Notes: generated from the sequence alone by a model not told the origin. DNA of 64,000 nucleotides from Escherichia coli (GCF_048403405.1 NZ_CP183129.1), one strand, 5' to 3'. Positions 20,584-33,116 are shown, numbered from the stretch's first letter. Made by a program: numbers and translations.

Positions 20584-23079
20584 ATGCTAACGATTCAATT
20601 TCTCTGTCCTCTGCCTAACGGTCTGCATGCTCGTCCGGCGTGGGAACTTAAAGAACAGTGCAGCCAGTGGCAAAGCGAAATCACCTTCATCAACCATCGC
20701 CAGAACGCAAAGGCAGATGCTAAAAGCTCGCTGGCGCTGATTGGCACTGGCACTTTATTTAATGACAGTTGCAGCCTGAACATTAGCGGCAGCGATGAAG
20801 AGCAGGCGCGGCGCGTGCTGGAAGAGTACATCCAGGTGCGCTTTATCGACAGTGACAGCGTCCAGCCGACGCAGGCAGAACTGACGGCGCATCCGCTGCC
20901 GCGTTCATTAAGCCGTCTGAATCCTGATTTACTGTACGGCAATGTGCTGGCAAGCGGCGTCGGCGTGGGTACGCTGACCCTGTTACAGAGCGACAGCCTC
21001 GACAGTTATCGGGCAATCCCGGCCAGTGCGCAAGACTCCACCCGGCTGGAGCACAGCCTGGCAACGCTTGCCGAGCAACTGAACCAGCAACTGCGCGAGC
21101 GTGACGGCGAAAGCAAAACTATCCTCAGCGCCCATTTGTCGCTGATCCAGGATGATGAATTTGCAGGCAATATCCGTCACCTGATGGCAGAACAGCATCA
21201 GGGGCTGGGGGCGGCGATCATCAGCAATATGGAGCAGGTTTGCGCCAAACTATCTGCTTCTGCCAGCGATTATCTGCGCGAGCGGGTCAGCGACATTCGC
21301 GATATCAGCGAACAGTTGCTGCATATCACCTGGCCGGAACTGAAGCCGCGCAATAATCTGGTGCTTGAAAAACCGACCATTCTGGTGGCCGAGGATTTAA
21401 CCCCTAGCCAGTTTTTGAGCCTCGATTTGAAAAATCTCGCAGGCATGATTCTGGAGAAAACCGGGCGCACCTCGCATACCCTGATTCTGGCCCGCGCCTC
21501 GGCGATCCCCGTTCTTAGCGGCCTGCCGCTGGATGCGATCGCGCGCTATGCCGGGCAACCGGCAGTGCTTGACGCCCAGTGCGGCGTGCTGGCGATTAAC
21601 CCGAATGACGCGGTGAGCGGTTATTATCAGGTCGCGCAGACGCTGGCGGATAAACGCCAAAAACAACAGGCGCAGGCCGCCGCGCAGCTGGCCTATTCCC
21701 GTGATAACAAGCGTATTGATATTGCGGCGAATATCGGCACCGCTCTGGAAGCGCCAGGCGCGTTTGCCAACGGCGCGGAAGGTGTCGGGCTGTTCCGTAC
21801 CGAAATGCTCTATATGGATCGCGACAGCGCGCCGGACGAGCAGGAGCAATTTGAAGCCTACCAGCAGGTGCTACTGGCGGCGGGCGACAAGCCGATTATC
21901 TTCCGCACGATGGACATCGGCGGCGATAAAAGCATTCCTTACCTCAACATTCCCCAGGAAGAGAACCCGTTCCTCGGCTATCGTGCGGTACGTATTTACC
22001 CGGAATTTGCTGGCCTGTTCCGCACTCAACTGCGGGCTATTTTGCGTGCCGCCAGTTTCGGCAACGCCCAGCTGATGATCCCGATGGTTCACAGCCTCGA
22101 TCAGATCTTATGGGTGAAGGGTGAGATCCAAAAAGCGATCGTTGAGCTTAAACGCGATGGCCTGCGTCATGCAGAGACGATTACGCTGGGTATCATGGTG
22201 GAAGTGCCGTCGGTGTGCTACATCATCGACCACTTCTGCGATGAGGTCGATTTCTTCAGTATCGGTTCTAACGATATGACCCAGTATCTGTATGCGGTCG
22301 ATCGTAATAACCCGCGCGTATCGCCGCTGTATAACCCGATTACGCCATCGTTCCTGCGCATGTTGCAGCAGATTGTTACCACTGCGCATCAGCGGGGCAA
22401 ATGGGTAGGCATTTGCGGTGAACTGGGCGGCGAAAGCCGTTATCTGCCGCTACTGCTTGGACTGGGCCTGGATGAGCTGAGTATGAGTAGCCCGCGTATT
22501 CCGGCAGTGAAAAGCCAGCTTCGTCAACTGGATAGCGAGGCGTGTCGGGAACTGGCGCGTCAGGCATGTGAATGCCGCAGTGCGCAGGAAATTGAAGCGT
22601 TACTCACCGCCTTTACGCCGGAAGAAGACGTTCGCCCACTGCTGGCGCTGGAGAATATCTTTGTTGATCAGGACTTTAGTAATAAAGAGCAGGCGATCCA
22701 GTTCCTGTGCGGCAACCTTGGTGTTAACGGGCGTACTGAACATCCGTTTGAGCTGGAAGAGGATGTCTGGCAGCGGGAAGAGATTGTCACCACTGGCGTT
22801 GGTTTTTGCGTGGCGATCCCGCACACCAAATCGCAGTGGATCCGTCATTCCAGTATCAGTATTGCCCGGCTGGTGAAACCGGTTGACTGGCAGTCAGAGA
22901 TGGGCGAAGTCGAACTGGTGATCATGCTGACGTTGGGTGCTAACGAAGGGATGAACCATGTGAAAGTCTTCTCGCAGCTGGCGCGCAAACTGGTGAATAA
23001 AAACTTCCGCCAGTCGTTGTTTGCCGCGCAAGATGCGCAAAGCATCCTGACGCTGCTGGAAACGGAATTAACCTTCTGA
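20584..23079 (+). CDS. fryA: PTS multiphosphoryl transfer protein (HPr - Enzyme I - EIIA fusion)
   Basis: 831-aa ORF; N-terminal HPr-like domain, central PEP-utilising Enzyme I domain (GGRTSHTLILAR), C-terminal EIIA domain. Confidence 0.9.
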   Translation: MLTIQFLCPLPNGLHARPAWELKEQCSQWQSEITFINHRQNAKADAKSSLALIGTGTLFNDSCSLNISGSDEEQARRVLEEYIQVRFIDSDSVQPTQAELTAHPLPRSLSRLNPDLLYGNVLASGVGVGTLTLLQSDSLDSYRAIPASAQDSTRLEHSLATLAEQLNQQLRERDGESKTILSAHLSLIQDDEFAGNIRHLMAEQHQGLGAAIISNMEQVCAKLSASASDYLRERVSDIRDISEQLLHITWPELKPRNNLVLEKPTILVAEDLTPSQFLSLDLKNLAGMILEKTGRTSHTLILARASAIPVLSGLPLDAIARYAGQPAVLDAQCGVLAINPNDAVSGYYQVAQTLADKRQKQQAQAAAQLAYSRDNKRIDIAANIGTALEAPGAFANGAEGVGLFRTEMLYMDRDSAPDEQEQFEAYQQVLLAAGDKPIIFRTMDIGGDKSIPYLNIPQEENPFLGYRAVRIYPEFAGLFRTQLRAILRAASFGNAQLMIPMVHSLDQILWVKGEIQKAIVELKRDGLRHAETITLGIMVEVPSVCYIIDHFCDEVDFFSIGSNDMTQYLYAVDRNNPRVSPLYNPITPSFLRMLQQIVTTAHQRGKWVGICGELGGESRYLPLLLGLGLDELSMSSPRIPAVKSQLRQLDSEACRELARQACECRSAQEIEALLTAFTPEEDVRPLLALENIFVDQDFSNKEQAIQFLCGNLGVNGRTEHPFELEEDVWQREEIVTTGVGFCVAIPHTKSQWIRHSSISIARLVKPVDWQSEMGEVELVIMLTLGANEGMNHVKVFSQLARKLVNKNFRQSLFAAQDAQSILTLLETELTF

Positions 23080-23081
23080 CG

Positions 23082-23939
23082 TTAGCCCTGAAAACGGGCG
23101 CTGTACTCTCCCGGCGTCAGACCAAACTGACGCCGGAAAACGCGACAAAAATAGTCGCTATCCGGAAAACCGCAACGCTGCGCCACTTCATGAATCGACA
23201 GATGATATTTCTGCAAAATCATCCTCGCCTTCGCCATTCGCACCCAGCGAACATACTCGATAAAACGCATCGTCCCATGTTGGGCAAACAGTTTTGACAG
23301 ATGATTGGGCGTGATATTAAAAAACTGCGCCACGCTCTCGCGGGTGAGCGGCTGGGCATAATTATCCTGAACCCAGTTACAAATGCTGTGATAGAGAAAA
23401 TCGCTGCGCGGCTGCGAATTGCCCGGTGGCATATTCACCACGTTGCGGCAAAGATGCAGCAAACTTAACACCAGTGGCTGAATGATATTCTGCTCCAGCG
23501 GTGACCGGCTAAGATGGGTGAGGGCGGTAAGCATCGCTTCACCTTCACCGCGTTGCAGGCTGGGAAGCTGGATCTGGCGAGCAGGATGCAACAACGACGT
23601 GGTACGGCTATCGTAAAACGATAACCCAAGCCAGGTCGGTGCGAACACCAGGCTTAACAGCATCACCGGTTTGTTGTTGACCGGTAAATTAGCCGCGCGT
23701 GCCGGAATAAACAGCATTTCTCCTTCCACCATACGTTGCTGCTTTGCTTCCAGCAGATTGCCGTATTCGCCGCGTAGCACGATATCCAGACGGGGAAAAT
23801 CAATACATAAACTGCCCACTGGCAATGAGGCAGGCTGGCTGGCAAACCAGACGCGCCCCAGTAGTTGCGGGTTAAGCACCAGGCCGCTGAACAGATCGGC
23901 GAAAAATTGTTGATCGGCGGGCAAGCCTGGTGCTTTCAT
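23082..23939 (-). CDS. ypdC: AraC-family transcriptional regulator
   Basis: 285-aa ORF with C-terminal AraC HTH (SIHEVAQRCGFPDSDYFCRVFRRQFGLTPGEY). Confidence 0.85.
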   Translation of the reverse strand: MKAPGLPADQQFFADLFSGLVLNPQLLGRVWFASQPASLPVGSLCIDFPRLDIVLRGEYGNLLEAKQQRMVEGEMLFIPARAANLPVNNKPVMLLSLVFAPTWLGLSFYDSRTTSLLHPARQIQLPSLQRGEGEAMLTALTHLSRSPLEQNIIQPLVLSLLHLCRNVVNMPPGNSQPRSDFLYHSICNWVQDNYAQPLTRESVAQFFNITPNHLSKLFAQHGTMRFIEYVRWVRMAKARMILQKYHLSIHEVAQRCGFPDSDYFCRVFRRQFGLTPGEYSARFQG

Positions 23940-23951
23940 GAAAGTTCCCGA

Positions 23952-24686
23952 TTAAAGATGCATTAACTGGCGGAATTCTTTAACTTTGCTGCGGCTGACC
24001 GGCACTTCAAAATCCAGATCTTTCAGCCGCAGAATATAGGTGTTATTAAACCACGGTTCGATCTCGCGGATTTTGTTCAGATTGACACAAAATGAGCGAT
24101 GGCAGCGGAAAAAATGCGACGGCGGCAGTTTGCTGCAAAATTCGGTAATGTTCATCGGCATTACGTAGGATTCACGCCGCGTATAGACAAAGGTCATTTT
24201 CTCGTGCGCTTCGGCGTAATAGATATCGTTAATTGGCGTGACGATGATTCGCTCATCTTTCACCAGATTAATGGTGTCATTCTCACGCGTTACCGTCGCG
24301 GCAGGCGTACTGCTGGTCTGCTGTTGCTGCCAGGCTGCTTCCAGTTTTTGCAGCATCCCGGTAATGCGTGACTCCTGATACGGTTTGAGAATGTAGTCAA
24401 ACGCCTCCAGTTCAAACGCTTCTACCGCATGTTCTTTCCACGCGGTGATAAACACAATAAACGGTTTATGGGCGAACTGGCTGATGTTTTGCGCCAGCAA
24501 CACACCGTCCAGCGACGGAATATTGATATCCAGAAAAATGGCGTCGACGCGGTTATGCTGCAAAAACTTCAACACGTCCAGACCGTCGTCAAAGGTGCCG
24601 ACAATCTCCATCTGGCTGTGCTCTTTAATTAGCCAGCTCAGTTCCTGTTGTGCCAGGAATTCGTCTTCAACAATGATGACTTTCAC
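23952..24686 (-). CDS. ypdB: LytTR-family response regulator (start may be 24704 instead)
   Basis: Receiver domain (VKVIIVEDEF...DAIFLDINIP) plus C-terminal LytTR DNA-binding domain; GTG start at 24686 gives 244 aa. Confidence 0.85.
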   Translation of the reverse strand: MKVIIVEDEFLAQQELSWLIKEHSQMEIVGTFDDGLDVLKFLQHNRVDAIFLDINIPSLDGVLLAQNISQFAHKPFIVFITAWKEHAVEAFELEAFDYILKPYQESRITGMLQKLEAAWQQQQTSSTPAATVTRENDTINLVKDERIIVTPINDIYYAEAHEKMTFVYTRRESYVMPMNITEFCSKLPPSHFFRCHRSFCVNLNKIREIEPWFNNTYILRLKDLDFEVPVSRSKVKEFRQLMHL

Positions 24687-24700
24687 AATATCACTCCGGC

Positions 24701-26398
24701 TCAAAGCAATAACGTAGCCTGTGAGGCGACTGGGGTGCGTTGGTTAGGAATGTAAAACGCAATTTCCGTTCCTGGTTTCAGGCGGCGGATATGCAGCCCC
24801 TCGCCATACAATAACTTCACGCGATGATGGACATTCAGCAGGCCAATTTTATTGCCCGGCATTTCGTTCGCTTCGACCCGCTCAATGACTTTTGGATCGA
24901 TGCCGTGCCCGGTATCCCGCACCGCAATGCGTACCCGATTACCGCACTCTGCAACGCTGATGGTGACAACGCCTTTACCTTTGCAAGGCTGAATACCGTG
25001 GACAATGGCGTTCTCCACCAACGGCTGGATCAGCAGGCTGGGAATGCAGCAATTCACCTCTTCATCAATATCATAGATAACCGTCAGCTTGTCGCCAAAG
25101 CGGGCCTGCTCAATGGCAATATAGTCTTTAATTTGATACAGCTCTTTTTTGATATCGATTTGCTCATCGTCTTTTAATTCAATGTTATAGCGCAGATAAC
25201 GCGACAGATTAAAGATCAGCTGGCGAGCGGTATCTGGATTCAGACGGATTGACGATGAAATAGCGTTCAGAGCGTTAAACAGAAAATGGGGATTAATTTT
25301 GCTTTGCAGAGCGCGAAGCTCTGCCTTATTTGCCATTTCACGTAACTGCTCGGCGCGTGAAACCTCCAGTTGCGTGGAGATGATTTGCGACAGACCAACC
25401 GCCATTTCCTGTAATGACGAGGTTATCTGATGCGCGTGGCAGTAGTAAATTTTCAGCGTTCCGGTCACAACGCCTTTCTCCCACAATGGGATCACCAGCA
25501 TGGAATGAATCTCTGGTGTGCGGTGGGCTTCATCATTGTTTTTAATGATGATTTTTCCGTAATTCATCGCCTGACGGGTAGTCGGGCTAATGAAGTCATC
25601 GCCATTCTGATAGTTATGTTCACCCACGCCAACATAGGCCAGCACATGATCGGTATTAGTAATCGCCACTGCATCGGCGTGAATGTCATCGCGGATAATT
25701 TCGCAGACCTTGCGTAATGACTCGCTATTGACATGGCGAAACAGCGGCAGCGTTTTGTTGGCGATATCCAGCGCCAGCTTGGCCTGCCGCGCGGCGCTGG
25801 CCTCTTTTTCGCCCTCAACGCTTTGCACCAGCAGCACAATAAAGCCGATACAGACGCTACCGAGGATCATTGGAATCCCGATTTTAGAGACGATATCGAT
25901 CCCCAATGCGGTAGTTGGTGCCCAGACAATCACCAGAATCATGGTCAACGTTTCACACAACATGCCGCCGAGAATACCGACGCGCCAGCGCTGTGCTTTA
26001 GGGATTTTCAGGTTGATCCAGCCCGATATACAACCCGCCAGAATGCTGGTGATAAAGCAGGGGATCGCCGTCACGCCGCCGATATCAATTAAATACCGGT
26101 GAATACCCGCAATCACGCCGGTAATAATGCCTACCCACGGGCCAAACAGAATTCCGCCTGACATCACCGCGATAATACGTACGTTCACCAGCGAGCCTTC
26201 TACGGGAACGCCGGACCAGGTGCTGAACAGGGCGAACAGCGAGAAAATGGCGGTAACGGCGAGCAGCTCTTTCGGTGAGTGTGCCGACTTGTGCAACAGT
26301 TCGCGAAACAGGCGGATACGGATGAGAAAGAACAGGCAGATAAGCATTAACGCTGCCCGATCGAAGACCGCCAGCAGCATGTTGAATATTTCGTGCAC
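24701..26398 (-). CDS. ypdA: LytS-type sensor histidine kinase
   Basis: 565-aa ORF; N-terminal multi-TM domain, GAF-like region, His-kinase core ([10 protein letters not shown]). Confidence 0.85.
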   Translation of the reverse strand: MHEIFNMLLAVFDRAALMLICLFFLIRIRLFRELLHKSAHSPKELLAVTAIFSLFALFSTWSGVPVEGSLVNVRIIAVMSGGILFGPWVGIITGVIAGIHRYLIDIGGVTAIPCFITSILAGCISGWINLKIPKAQRWRVGILGGMLCETLTMILVIVWAPTTALGIDIVSKIGIPMILGSVCIGFIVLLVQSVEGEKEASAARQAKLALDIANKTLPLFRHVNSESLRKVCEIIRDDIHADAVAITNTDHVLAYVGVGEHNYQNGDDFISPTTRQAMNYGKIIIKNNDEAHRTPEIHSMLVIPLWEKGVVTGTLKIYYCHAHQITSSLQEMAVGLSQIISTQLEVSRAEQLREMANKAELRALQSKINPHFLFNALNAISSSIRLNPDTARQLIFNLSRYLRYNIELKDDEQIDIKKELYQIKDYIAIEQARFGDKLTVIYDIDEEVNCCIPSLLIQPLVENAIVHGIQPCKGKGVVTISVAECGNRVRIAVRDTGHGIDPKVIERVEANEMPGNKIGLLNVHHRVKLLYGEGLHIRRLKPGTEIAFYIPNQRTPVASQATLLL

Positions 26399-26774
26399 GG
26401 GTGACTCTGAATAAGGATTAAACCTCTATGATAGGTAACCTGAAGGCTGATGACCAGCAGGCCGTTTTTGAGGAAAAACCACAATTTTAAAAGGGGATTG
26501 AAAGATAAATGGTGTATTAGCAATGCATCTCTTGATAATGCACATCTGCTTGGTAAATTTATTGAAATTATAATGTTAATAAAATGAGTGGTAATTTTCT
26601 TGTTAGCGCAGATAAATTTCCTGTTTTTGAAGTGGAGTTCCTCATTTAAAGCCATTGATAAAAATGTTCTAAAACGCTGGACAGACAGAAATTAATCAGG
26701 CTATTTTCAAAACAGCCACCATCGTGGCAGCGTCGCTCGGACGGTCCGGGCGCTAACGTTAATCTGAGGAAATT

Positions 26775-28013
26775 ATGGCTGACACTCGCCATGAACGTCG
26801 CTTTACGCGCATTGATCGTCTCCCGCCCTACGTTTTTAATATTACCGCTGAACTGAAAATGGCTGCGCGTCGGCGCGGCGAAGATATTATCGATTTCAGT
26901 ATGGGTAACCCGGACGGTGCGACTCCGCCGCACATCGTCGAAAAATTATGTACTGTGGCCCAGCGCCCGGACACGCATGGTTACTCCACGTCACGCGGCA
27001 TTCCGCGGCTACGTCGCGCCATTTCCCGCTGGTATCAGGATCGCTACGACGTTGAAATCGACCCGGAATCAGAAGCCATCGTCACTATTGGTTCGAAAGA
27101 GGGACTGGCGCATCTGATGCTGGCGACGCTGGATCATGGTGACACGGTGCTGGTGCCGAATCCAAGCTACCCCATTCATATTTATGGCGCGGTGATTGCC
27201 GGGGCGCAGGTACGCTCAGTGCCGCTGGTGGAAGGTGTCGATTTCTTCAACGAACTGGAACGCGCCATTCGCGAAAGTTATCCGAAACCGAAGATGATGA
27301 TCCTCGGCTTCCCGTCGAATCCAACTGCGCAATGCGTGGAGCTGGAGTTCTTCGAAAAAGTAGTGGCGCTGGCGAAACGCTACGATGTGCTGGTGGTCCA
27401 TGACCTGGCCTATGCGGACATCGTCTACGATGGCTGGAAAGCGCCGTCAATCATGCAGGTGCCAGGTGCACGCGATGTGGCGGTCGAGTTCTTTACGCTG
27501 TCGAAAAGCTACAACATGGCGGGCTGGCGTATCGGCTTTATGGTTGGCAACAAAACGCTGGTCAGCGCCCTGGCACGTATTAAAAGCTATCACGATTACG
27601 GCACCTTTACGCCGTTGCAGGTGGCAGCGATTGCGGCGCTGGAGGGAGATCAACAGTGCGTGCGCGACATTGCTGAACAGTACAAACGCCGCCGTGATGT
27701 ACTGGTAAAAGGGCTGCATGAAGCGGGCTGGATGGTCGAAATGCCGAAGGCTTCGATGTATGTCTGGGCGAAAATCCCGGAACCGTATGCTGCCATGGGC
27801 TCGCTGGAATTTGCTAAGAAGCTGCTGAACGAAGCGAAGGTCTGTGTCTCTCCGGGGATTGGCTTTGGCGACTACGGCGACACGCATGTTCGCTTTGCAC
27901 TGATTGAAAACCGCGACCGTATTCGTCAGGCGATTCGTGGGATTAAAGCGATGTTCCGCGCCGATGGTTTACTACCCGCCAGCAGCAAACATATTCACGA
28001 AAACGCGGAATAA
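26775..28013 (+). CDS. alaC: Glutamate-pyruvate aminotransferase (PLP-dependent)
   Basis: 412-aa class I/II aminotransferase; PLP lysine context [16 protein letters not shown]. Confidence 0.9.
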   Translation: MADTRHERRFTRIDRLPPYVFNITAELKMAARRRGEDIIDFSMGNPDGATPPHIVEKLCTVAQRPDTHGYSTSRGIPRLRRAISRWYQDRYDVEIDPESEAIVTIGSKEGLAHLMLATLDHGDTVLVPNPSYPIHIYGAVIAGAQVRSVPLVEGVDFFNELERAIRESYPKPKMMILGFPSNPTAQCVELEFFEKVVALAKRYDVLVVHDLAYADIVYDGWKAPSIMQVPGARDVAVEFFTLSKSYNMAGWRIGFMVGNKTLVSALARIKSYHDYGTFTPLQVAAIAALEGDQQCVRDIAEQYKRRRDVLVKGLHEAGWMVEMPKASMYVWAKIPEPYAAMGSLEFAKKLLNEAKVCVSPGIGFGDYGDTHVRFALIENRDRIRQAIRGIKAMFRADGLLPASSKHIHENAE

Positions 28014-28033
28014 ACACCGACCTCAAAAATGCA

Positions 28034-28062
28034 AACAGGAGCCTGATGGCTCCTGTTTTTCA
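28034..28062. terminator. Bidirectional intrinsic terminator between alaC and ypdK
   Basis: aaacaggagcc-tgat-ggctcctgttt 11-bp stem with flanking T/A runs. Confidence 0.55.
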
Positions 28063-28077
28063 TTGCACAGTTTGCTT

Positions 28078-28149
28078 TTAGATCATCAGGGCAAAAGTAC
28101 CGGCCCAAACGATGACCATAAAAGAAATGCCCATAAAGAAATATTTCAC
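28078..28149 (-). CDS. ypdK: Small membrane protein YpdK (23 aa)
   Basis: GTG-initiated minus-strand ORF encoding (M)KYFFMGISFMVIVWAGTFALMI, a single predicted TM helix; recalled as a known small protein. Confidence 0.55.
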   Translation of the reverse strand: MKYFFMGISFMVIVWAGTFALMI

Positions 28150-28504
28150 TTTACATCTCTCCGCGTAATTACTGTTACGCCTGAATGACTTCATTACACC
28201 TGATACAGTGAGTTGACACCGGGCAAAACGACCTTAAAAGTCCTGTATTTTACCGTGGGCATCACCCCAGAATTCTGAGCTAAACTGCTCCAGACGGCGC
28301 TAATGTACGCCTAAAACTGAAACGAGACAAGAGGCATTTTCTTATTTACTTTTAGTAACTTACAGGTGTCTCATATCGGCGACAGTTTAATTTCTGACGG
28401 TAATAATTAGAGATTCAGCGAAGGAAAAAACCTTAAGAAAAAAGCCATAAAAACCATGAGGTTATTATGGCTGATTTGAGGAGGGAAAGAGTTAGAGCAG
28501 TTTG

Positions 28505-29425
28505 TTAAATGTATAGCGACGATTCTCCCACCGGGCGCGTTTTAAAGCGACGGTGGATCCAGAGGTACTGCTCCGGTGCGCGCATGATCTCTTTTTCGAT
28601 AATCTTGTTCATATAGGCAGCGGCTTGATTTTCATCTGCCGGGTAGCCTTCCATCTCTGGGGTAATGTACAAACGATATCCGCTGTAATCCGCTTTTCTT
28701 ACCATCGTTACGGTTAACATGGCTGCGCCAGAGAGACGTGAAAGGACATACGTACCATTGGTTGTGGCGACATTTTCCACCGCAAAGAACGGCGCGAAGG
28801 AGCTGCCTTTACGACCATAATCCTGATCGGGAGCAAACCATACCGCTTCACCTTTCTTCAGTGCACCGACAATGCCGCGCAGATTATTTCTGCCGATCAT
28901 CGCTTTGTTAGAGCGCATGCGCCCACGGGTCTGCACCCATTCCATCAGCTGATTATTATGTGGACGATAGGTAGCCATCATTGGTTGGCACAGTCCCATC
29001 ACGCGGCCGCCCAGCTCCAGCGACATAAAATGGACGCCGACAACCATTACGCCGCGATTTTGCATTTGTGCGCGTTTAAGGTTATCCAACCCTTCAACAT
29101 CAAACCATTTACGTACGCGACTGTCGGGCCAGAACCACGCCATGCCGGTTTCTACCAGCGCCATGCCGAGTGAACGAAAGTTTTCGGCAATCATCTTCTC
29201 GCGTTCTTCCGCAGAATGCTGTGGGAAACAAAGTTCCAGGTTTTTACGGGCGATAGATTCACGCCGTTTCAGGAATGGTCGCGCCATTGCGCCAATACGC
29301 GTGCCGAGAAAGCAGAGAACAGGATAAGGAAGCTGTACCCAAAGCCAGAGTACACCAAGCCCAAACCATGTGAGCCAGTAGCGAGGATGTAGAAACTCGC
29401 GGGAAAATTTGCATTGTGGAAACAT
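28505..29425 (-). CDS. lpxP: Lipid A palmitoleoyltransferase (cold-induced late acyltransferase)
   Basis: 306-aa HtrB/MsbB-family acyltransferase starting MFPQCKFSREFLHPRYWLTW; the ORF-track start 66 nt upstream is probably not used. Confidence 0.85.
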   Translation of the reverse strand: MFPQCKFSREFLHPRYWLTWFGLGVLWLWVQLPYPVLCFLGTRIGAMARPFLKRRESIARKNLELCFPQHSAEEREKMIAENFRSLGMALVETGMAWFWPDSRVRKWFDVEGLDNLKRAQMQNRGVMVVGVHFMSLELGGRVMGLCQPMMATYRPHNNQLMEWVQTRGRMRSNKAMIGRNNLRGIVGALKKGEAVWFAPDQDYGRKGSSFAPFFAVENVATTNGTYVLSRLSGAAMLTVTMVRKADYSGYRLYITPEMEGYPADENQAAAYMNKIIEKEIMRAPEQYLWIHRRFKTRPVGESSLYI

Positions 29426-29777
29426 AGTTACCTTCTGTAGATACGAATTGTTGTATCGCAGAAGATTCCATGTCGACAGCGGTACACTCAATTGGTTGGG
29501 CCATCATGTACGACAATGGTTCCTGTAAAGAGTGTAAAGACTAGTCAGGACATAACCACGAGGAGCATGAATGCGGTGGCTCTACTTTATCACTGGCTGA
29601 CTGCTTTCAGCTACTGATTATTAATCGTGCAAAGTAAAAAATTTTCCGCACGCAATAGCGTTGCATTTAACGTGCTGTTTTCATTGATGCTTAGCAAAAA
29701 TTGCCAGAGGTTAAGGATTGTCTTACTATTAAAGTGACTGAAGTTACAGGTTTTTTAGCGCGGCAGGAGGTTGAGCT

Positions 29778-30020
29778 ATGATTTATTTATGGATGTTTCT
29801 CGCCCTGTGTATTGTCTGCGTAAGCGGATACATTGGTCAGGTCCTGAACGTGGTATCGGCGGTCTCTTCTTTCTTCGGCATGGTGATCCTCGCTGCACTC
29901 ATTTATTACTTCACCATGTGGTTAACTGGCGGTAATGAACTGGTGACGGGGATATTTATGTTTCTTGCCCCGGCTTGTGGCTTGATGATTCGCTTTATGG
30001 TGGGGTATGGCAGGCGGTAG
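29778..30020 (+). CDS. yfdY: Small inner-membrane protein YfdY (DUF2545)
   Basis: 80-aa ORF with two hydrophobic helices. Confidence 0.7.
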   Translation: MIYLWMFLALCIVCVSGYIGQVLNVVSAVSSFFGMVILAALIYYFTMWLTGGNELVTGIFMFLAPACGLMIRFMVGYGRR

Positions 30021-30096
30021 TAGTTCAGGATGGATCATTTGGGCAGGTGTTCACATCAGCATCAGACATGATTGTTCACCTGCCGTGTGACAGACG

Positions 30097-30372
30097 CTAT
30101 CGCACAGGATGGATAAGATAATTCGCCTTTGTCGGAAAAGGGGGCGGAATTTCTTCTGTGAGGTTTAATGGTGGCGCATCTTCTCTCATCTTAAACAAAA
30201 TCGCCTGTGATGGCTGAAGTTTTGTAGAATGAGTTGTCGTCATCATTGACGTTTTTTCTGTCTCTTTATAGCTCGTCTCACTTCCACCACCAGAAATGGA
30301 AAATGCAAAAACATTGCATGCCATAATAGAGACCAATAAAAATAAGCTAAAAAGCATTAAGTTTACTTTCAT
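30097..30372 (-). CDS. ypdI: Small lipoprotein YpdI
   Basis: 91-aa ORF with signal peptide and lipobox-like LVSIMAC. Confidence 0.7.
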   Translation of the reverse strand: MKVNLMLFSLFLLVSIMACNVFAFSISGGGSETSYKETEKTSMMTTTHSTKLQPSQAILFKMREDAPPLNLTEEIPPPFPTKANYLIHPVR

Positions 30373-30514
30373 AGAAAGTTATCCTGAAAATGGTTCACTG
30401 AGAACCTACGATGTTATGGCTGTATTTACATTTAATTAATCAGTATTTACATCGATATAATAAATGACATCTCTTTGTGGTATATAAGAATAGTTCTCTG
30501 TGACAGGAAGCATA

Positions 30515-30532
30515 TTCCTACAATTGTAAGAC
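30515..30532 (+). promoter_or_regulatory. EvgA-box-like inverted repeat upstream of yfdX
   Basis: ttcctaca-at-tgtaagac matches the 18-bp EvgA consensus TTCPyTACA-N2-TGTAPuGAA at 17 of 18 positions. Confidence 0.5.
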
Positions 30533-30667
30533 TAAAATACTTCTTGCGATAATAACTACAACTGTAAGATAACCCTTTCAAAATGAGCGTTGCTCTCTGA
30601 TTTCTCATTTCATGCTCACCCAATATGATGGCGGCGTTTTCTAAAACTGTTAAAGAATGAGGTAAGT

Positions 30668-31300
30668 ATGAAACGTTTAATTATGGCTACGATGGTCACA
30701 GCAGTTCTGGCATCTTCAACTGTATGGGCTGCTGATAATGCACCGGTAGCGGCACAACAGCAAACTCAGCAAGTTAAGCAAACCCAGAAAACGGCAGCAG
30801 CAGAGCGTATCTCTGAACAAGGTTTATATGCGATGCGTGACGTGCAGGTAGCGCGCCTGGCTCTGTTTCATGGCGATCCGGAAAAGGCAAAAGAACTGAC
30901 CAATGAAGCTTCAGCTTTGTTGTCAGATGACAGTACCGAATGGGCAAAGTTCGCTAAGCCAGGTAAAAAAACCAATGTCAATGATGACCAATATATTGTC
31001 ATTAATGCATCTGTCGGAATTTCTGAGAGTTATGTAGCGACACCCGAAAAAGAAGCCGCGATAAAAATTGCCAACGAAAAAATGGCGAAAGGGGATAAAA
31101 AGGGCGCAATGGAAGAGCTGCGCCTGGCCGGTGTTGGCGTAATGGAAAACCAATATCTGATGCCGCTCAAACAGACTCGTAATGCACTTGCTGATGCGCA
31201 GAAACTGCTTGATAAAAAGCAATACTACGAGGCAAACCTGGCGCTTAAAGGTGCGGAAGATGGAATCATCGTCGATAGCGAAGCACTGTTTGTGAACTAA
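30668..31300 (+). CDS. yfdX: YfdX periplasmic protein (EvgA-regulated)
   Basis: 210-aa ORF with signal peptide ([21 protein letters not shown]). Confidence 0.85.
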   Translation: MKRLIMATMVTAVLASSTVWAADNAPVAAQQQTQQVKQTQKTAAAERISEQGLYAMRDVQVARLALFHGDPEKAKELTNEASALLSDDSTEWAKFAKPGKKTNVNDDQYIVINASVGISESYVATPEKEAAIKIANEKMAKGDKKGAMEELRLAGVGVMENQYLMPLKQTRNALADAQKLLDKKQYYEANLALKGAEDGIIVDSEALFVN

Positions 31301-31812
31301 CGCTGACAGGCAGTATATTGAGGTAAAGGATTTAACTCCCTCCAGCCGACAATTTTTTATGACCACAATACGACAGGTTGTGGTCATAAAATTATTTGGC
31401 GCTCGCGGTTCTATAAACTCGCATTTTATCTTCTTCAAAGTAAACCGCAATAATCCCGTGTCATCACAAATCATTTATTATGTTATGTTTTATGGTACGC
31501 TTTAAAAGGCGTAATCATACCCTTACTTGTAAATCACCGGCGCTTCTTACAGTTGTAAGAATAACATCACAAATGTCGCGGCTCTCTCTGATTACCGCGA
31601 ACCAATATTTATCATATTCTTCTTTTCGTCCTCACTACTTACCATGCAGAAAGGAATTGGAAGTGGCGATGAAATGATTTTCAGCACTTGATACAGGAAT
31701 TTAAAAATATCGAGTGCAGCTACGACGATATTTTGCGGATTATTTATAGAGGGCGTTATGCCTTAAATAAACGCTAAATTAACATATATTTAATTAACTA
31801 ATAGGTATTGCT

Positions 31813-33063
31813 ATGTCAACTCCACTTCAAGGAATTAAAGTTCTCGATTTCACCGGTGTGCAATCTGGCCCATCTTGTACTCAGATGCTGGCCTGGTTTG
31901 GCGCTGACGTCATTAAAATTGAACGTCCCGGCGTTGGTGACGTAACGCGTCACCAGCTGCGAGATATTCCTGATATCGATGCGCTTTACTTCACCATGCT
32001 TAACAGTAACAAACGTTCTATTGAATTAAATACCAAAACAGCGGAAGGCAAAGAGGTAATGGAAAAGCTGATCCGCGAAGCTGATATCTTAGTCGAGAAC
32101 TTTCATCCAGGGGCCATTGATCACATGGGCTTCACCTGGGAGCATATTCAAGAAATCAATCCACGTCTGATTTTTGGTTCGATCAAAGGGTTTGATGAGT
32201 GTTCGCCTTATGTGAATGTAAAAGCCTATGAAAACGTTGCTCAGGCAGCGGGTGGTGCGGCATCCACTACGGGTTTTTGGGACGGTCCGCCGCTGGTAAG
32301 CGCTGCAGCGTTGGGTGACAGCAACACCGGAATGCATTTACTGATCGGTTTACTTGCTGCTTTGCTGCATCGCGAAAAAACGGGGCGTGGGCAACGAGTC
32401 ACCATGTCAATGCAGGATGCCGTATTGAACCTTTGCCGCGTGAAATTACGCGACCAGCAGCGTCTCGATAAATTGGGTTATCTGGAAGAATACCCGCAGT
32501 ATCCGAATGGCACATTTGGTGATGCAGTTCCCCGCGGAGGTAATGCGGGGGGTGGCGGTCAGCCTGGCTGGATCCTGAAATGTAAAGGCTGGGAAACCGA
32601 TCCTAATGCCTATATTTATTTCACTATTCAGGAGCAAAACTGGGAAAACACCTGTAAAGCTATCGGCAAACCAGAATGGATTACCGATCCGGCATATAGT
32701 ACAGCTCATGCCCGACAGCCACATATTTTCGATATTTTTGCTGAAATCGAAAAATACACTGTCACTATTGATAAACATGAAGCGGTGGCCTATTTGACTC
32801 AGTTTGATATTCCTTGTGCACCGGTATTAAGTATGAAAGAAATTTCACTTGATCCCTCTTTGCGCCAAAGTGGCAGTGTCGTCGAAGTGGAACAACCGTT
32901 GCGTGGAAAATATCTGACAGTTGGTTGTCCAATGAAATTCTCTGCCTTTACGCCGGATATTAAAGCTGCGCCGCTATTAGGTGAACATACCGCTGCTGTA
33001 TTGCAGGAGCTGGGTTATAGCGACGATGAAATTGCTGCAATGAAGCAAAACCACGCCATCTGA
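31813..33063 (+). CDS. frc: Formyl-CoA:oxalate CoA-transferase
   Basis: 416-aa class III CoA-transferase ([31 protein letters not shown]). Confidence 0.95.
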
Positions 33064-33116
33064 TATTAACGGGGGCTTCTGGCTCCCAATTTATAAAAAT
33101 TTCGAGGTTATTAATC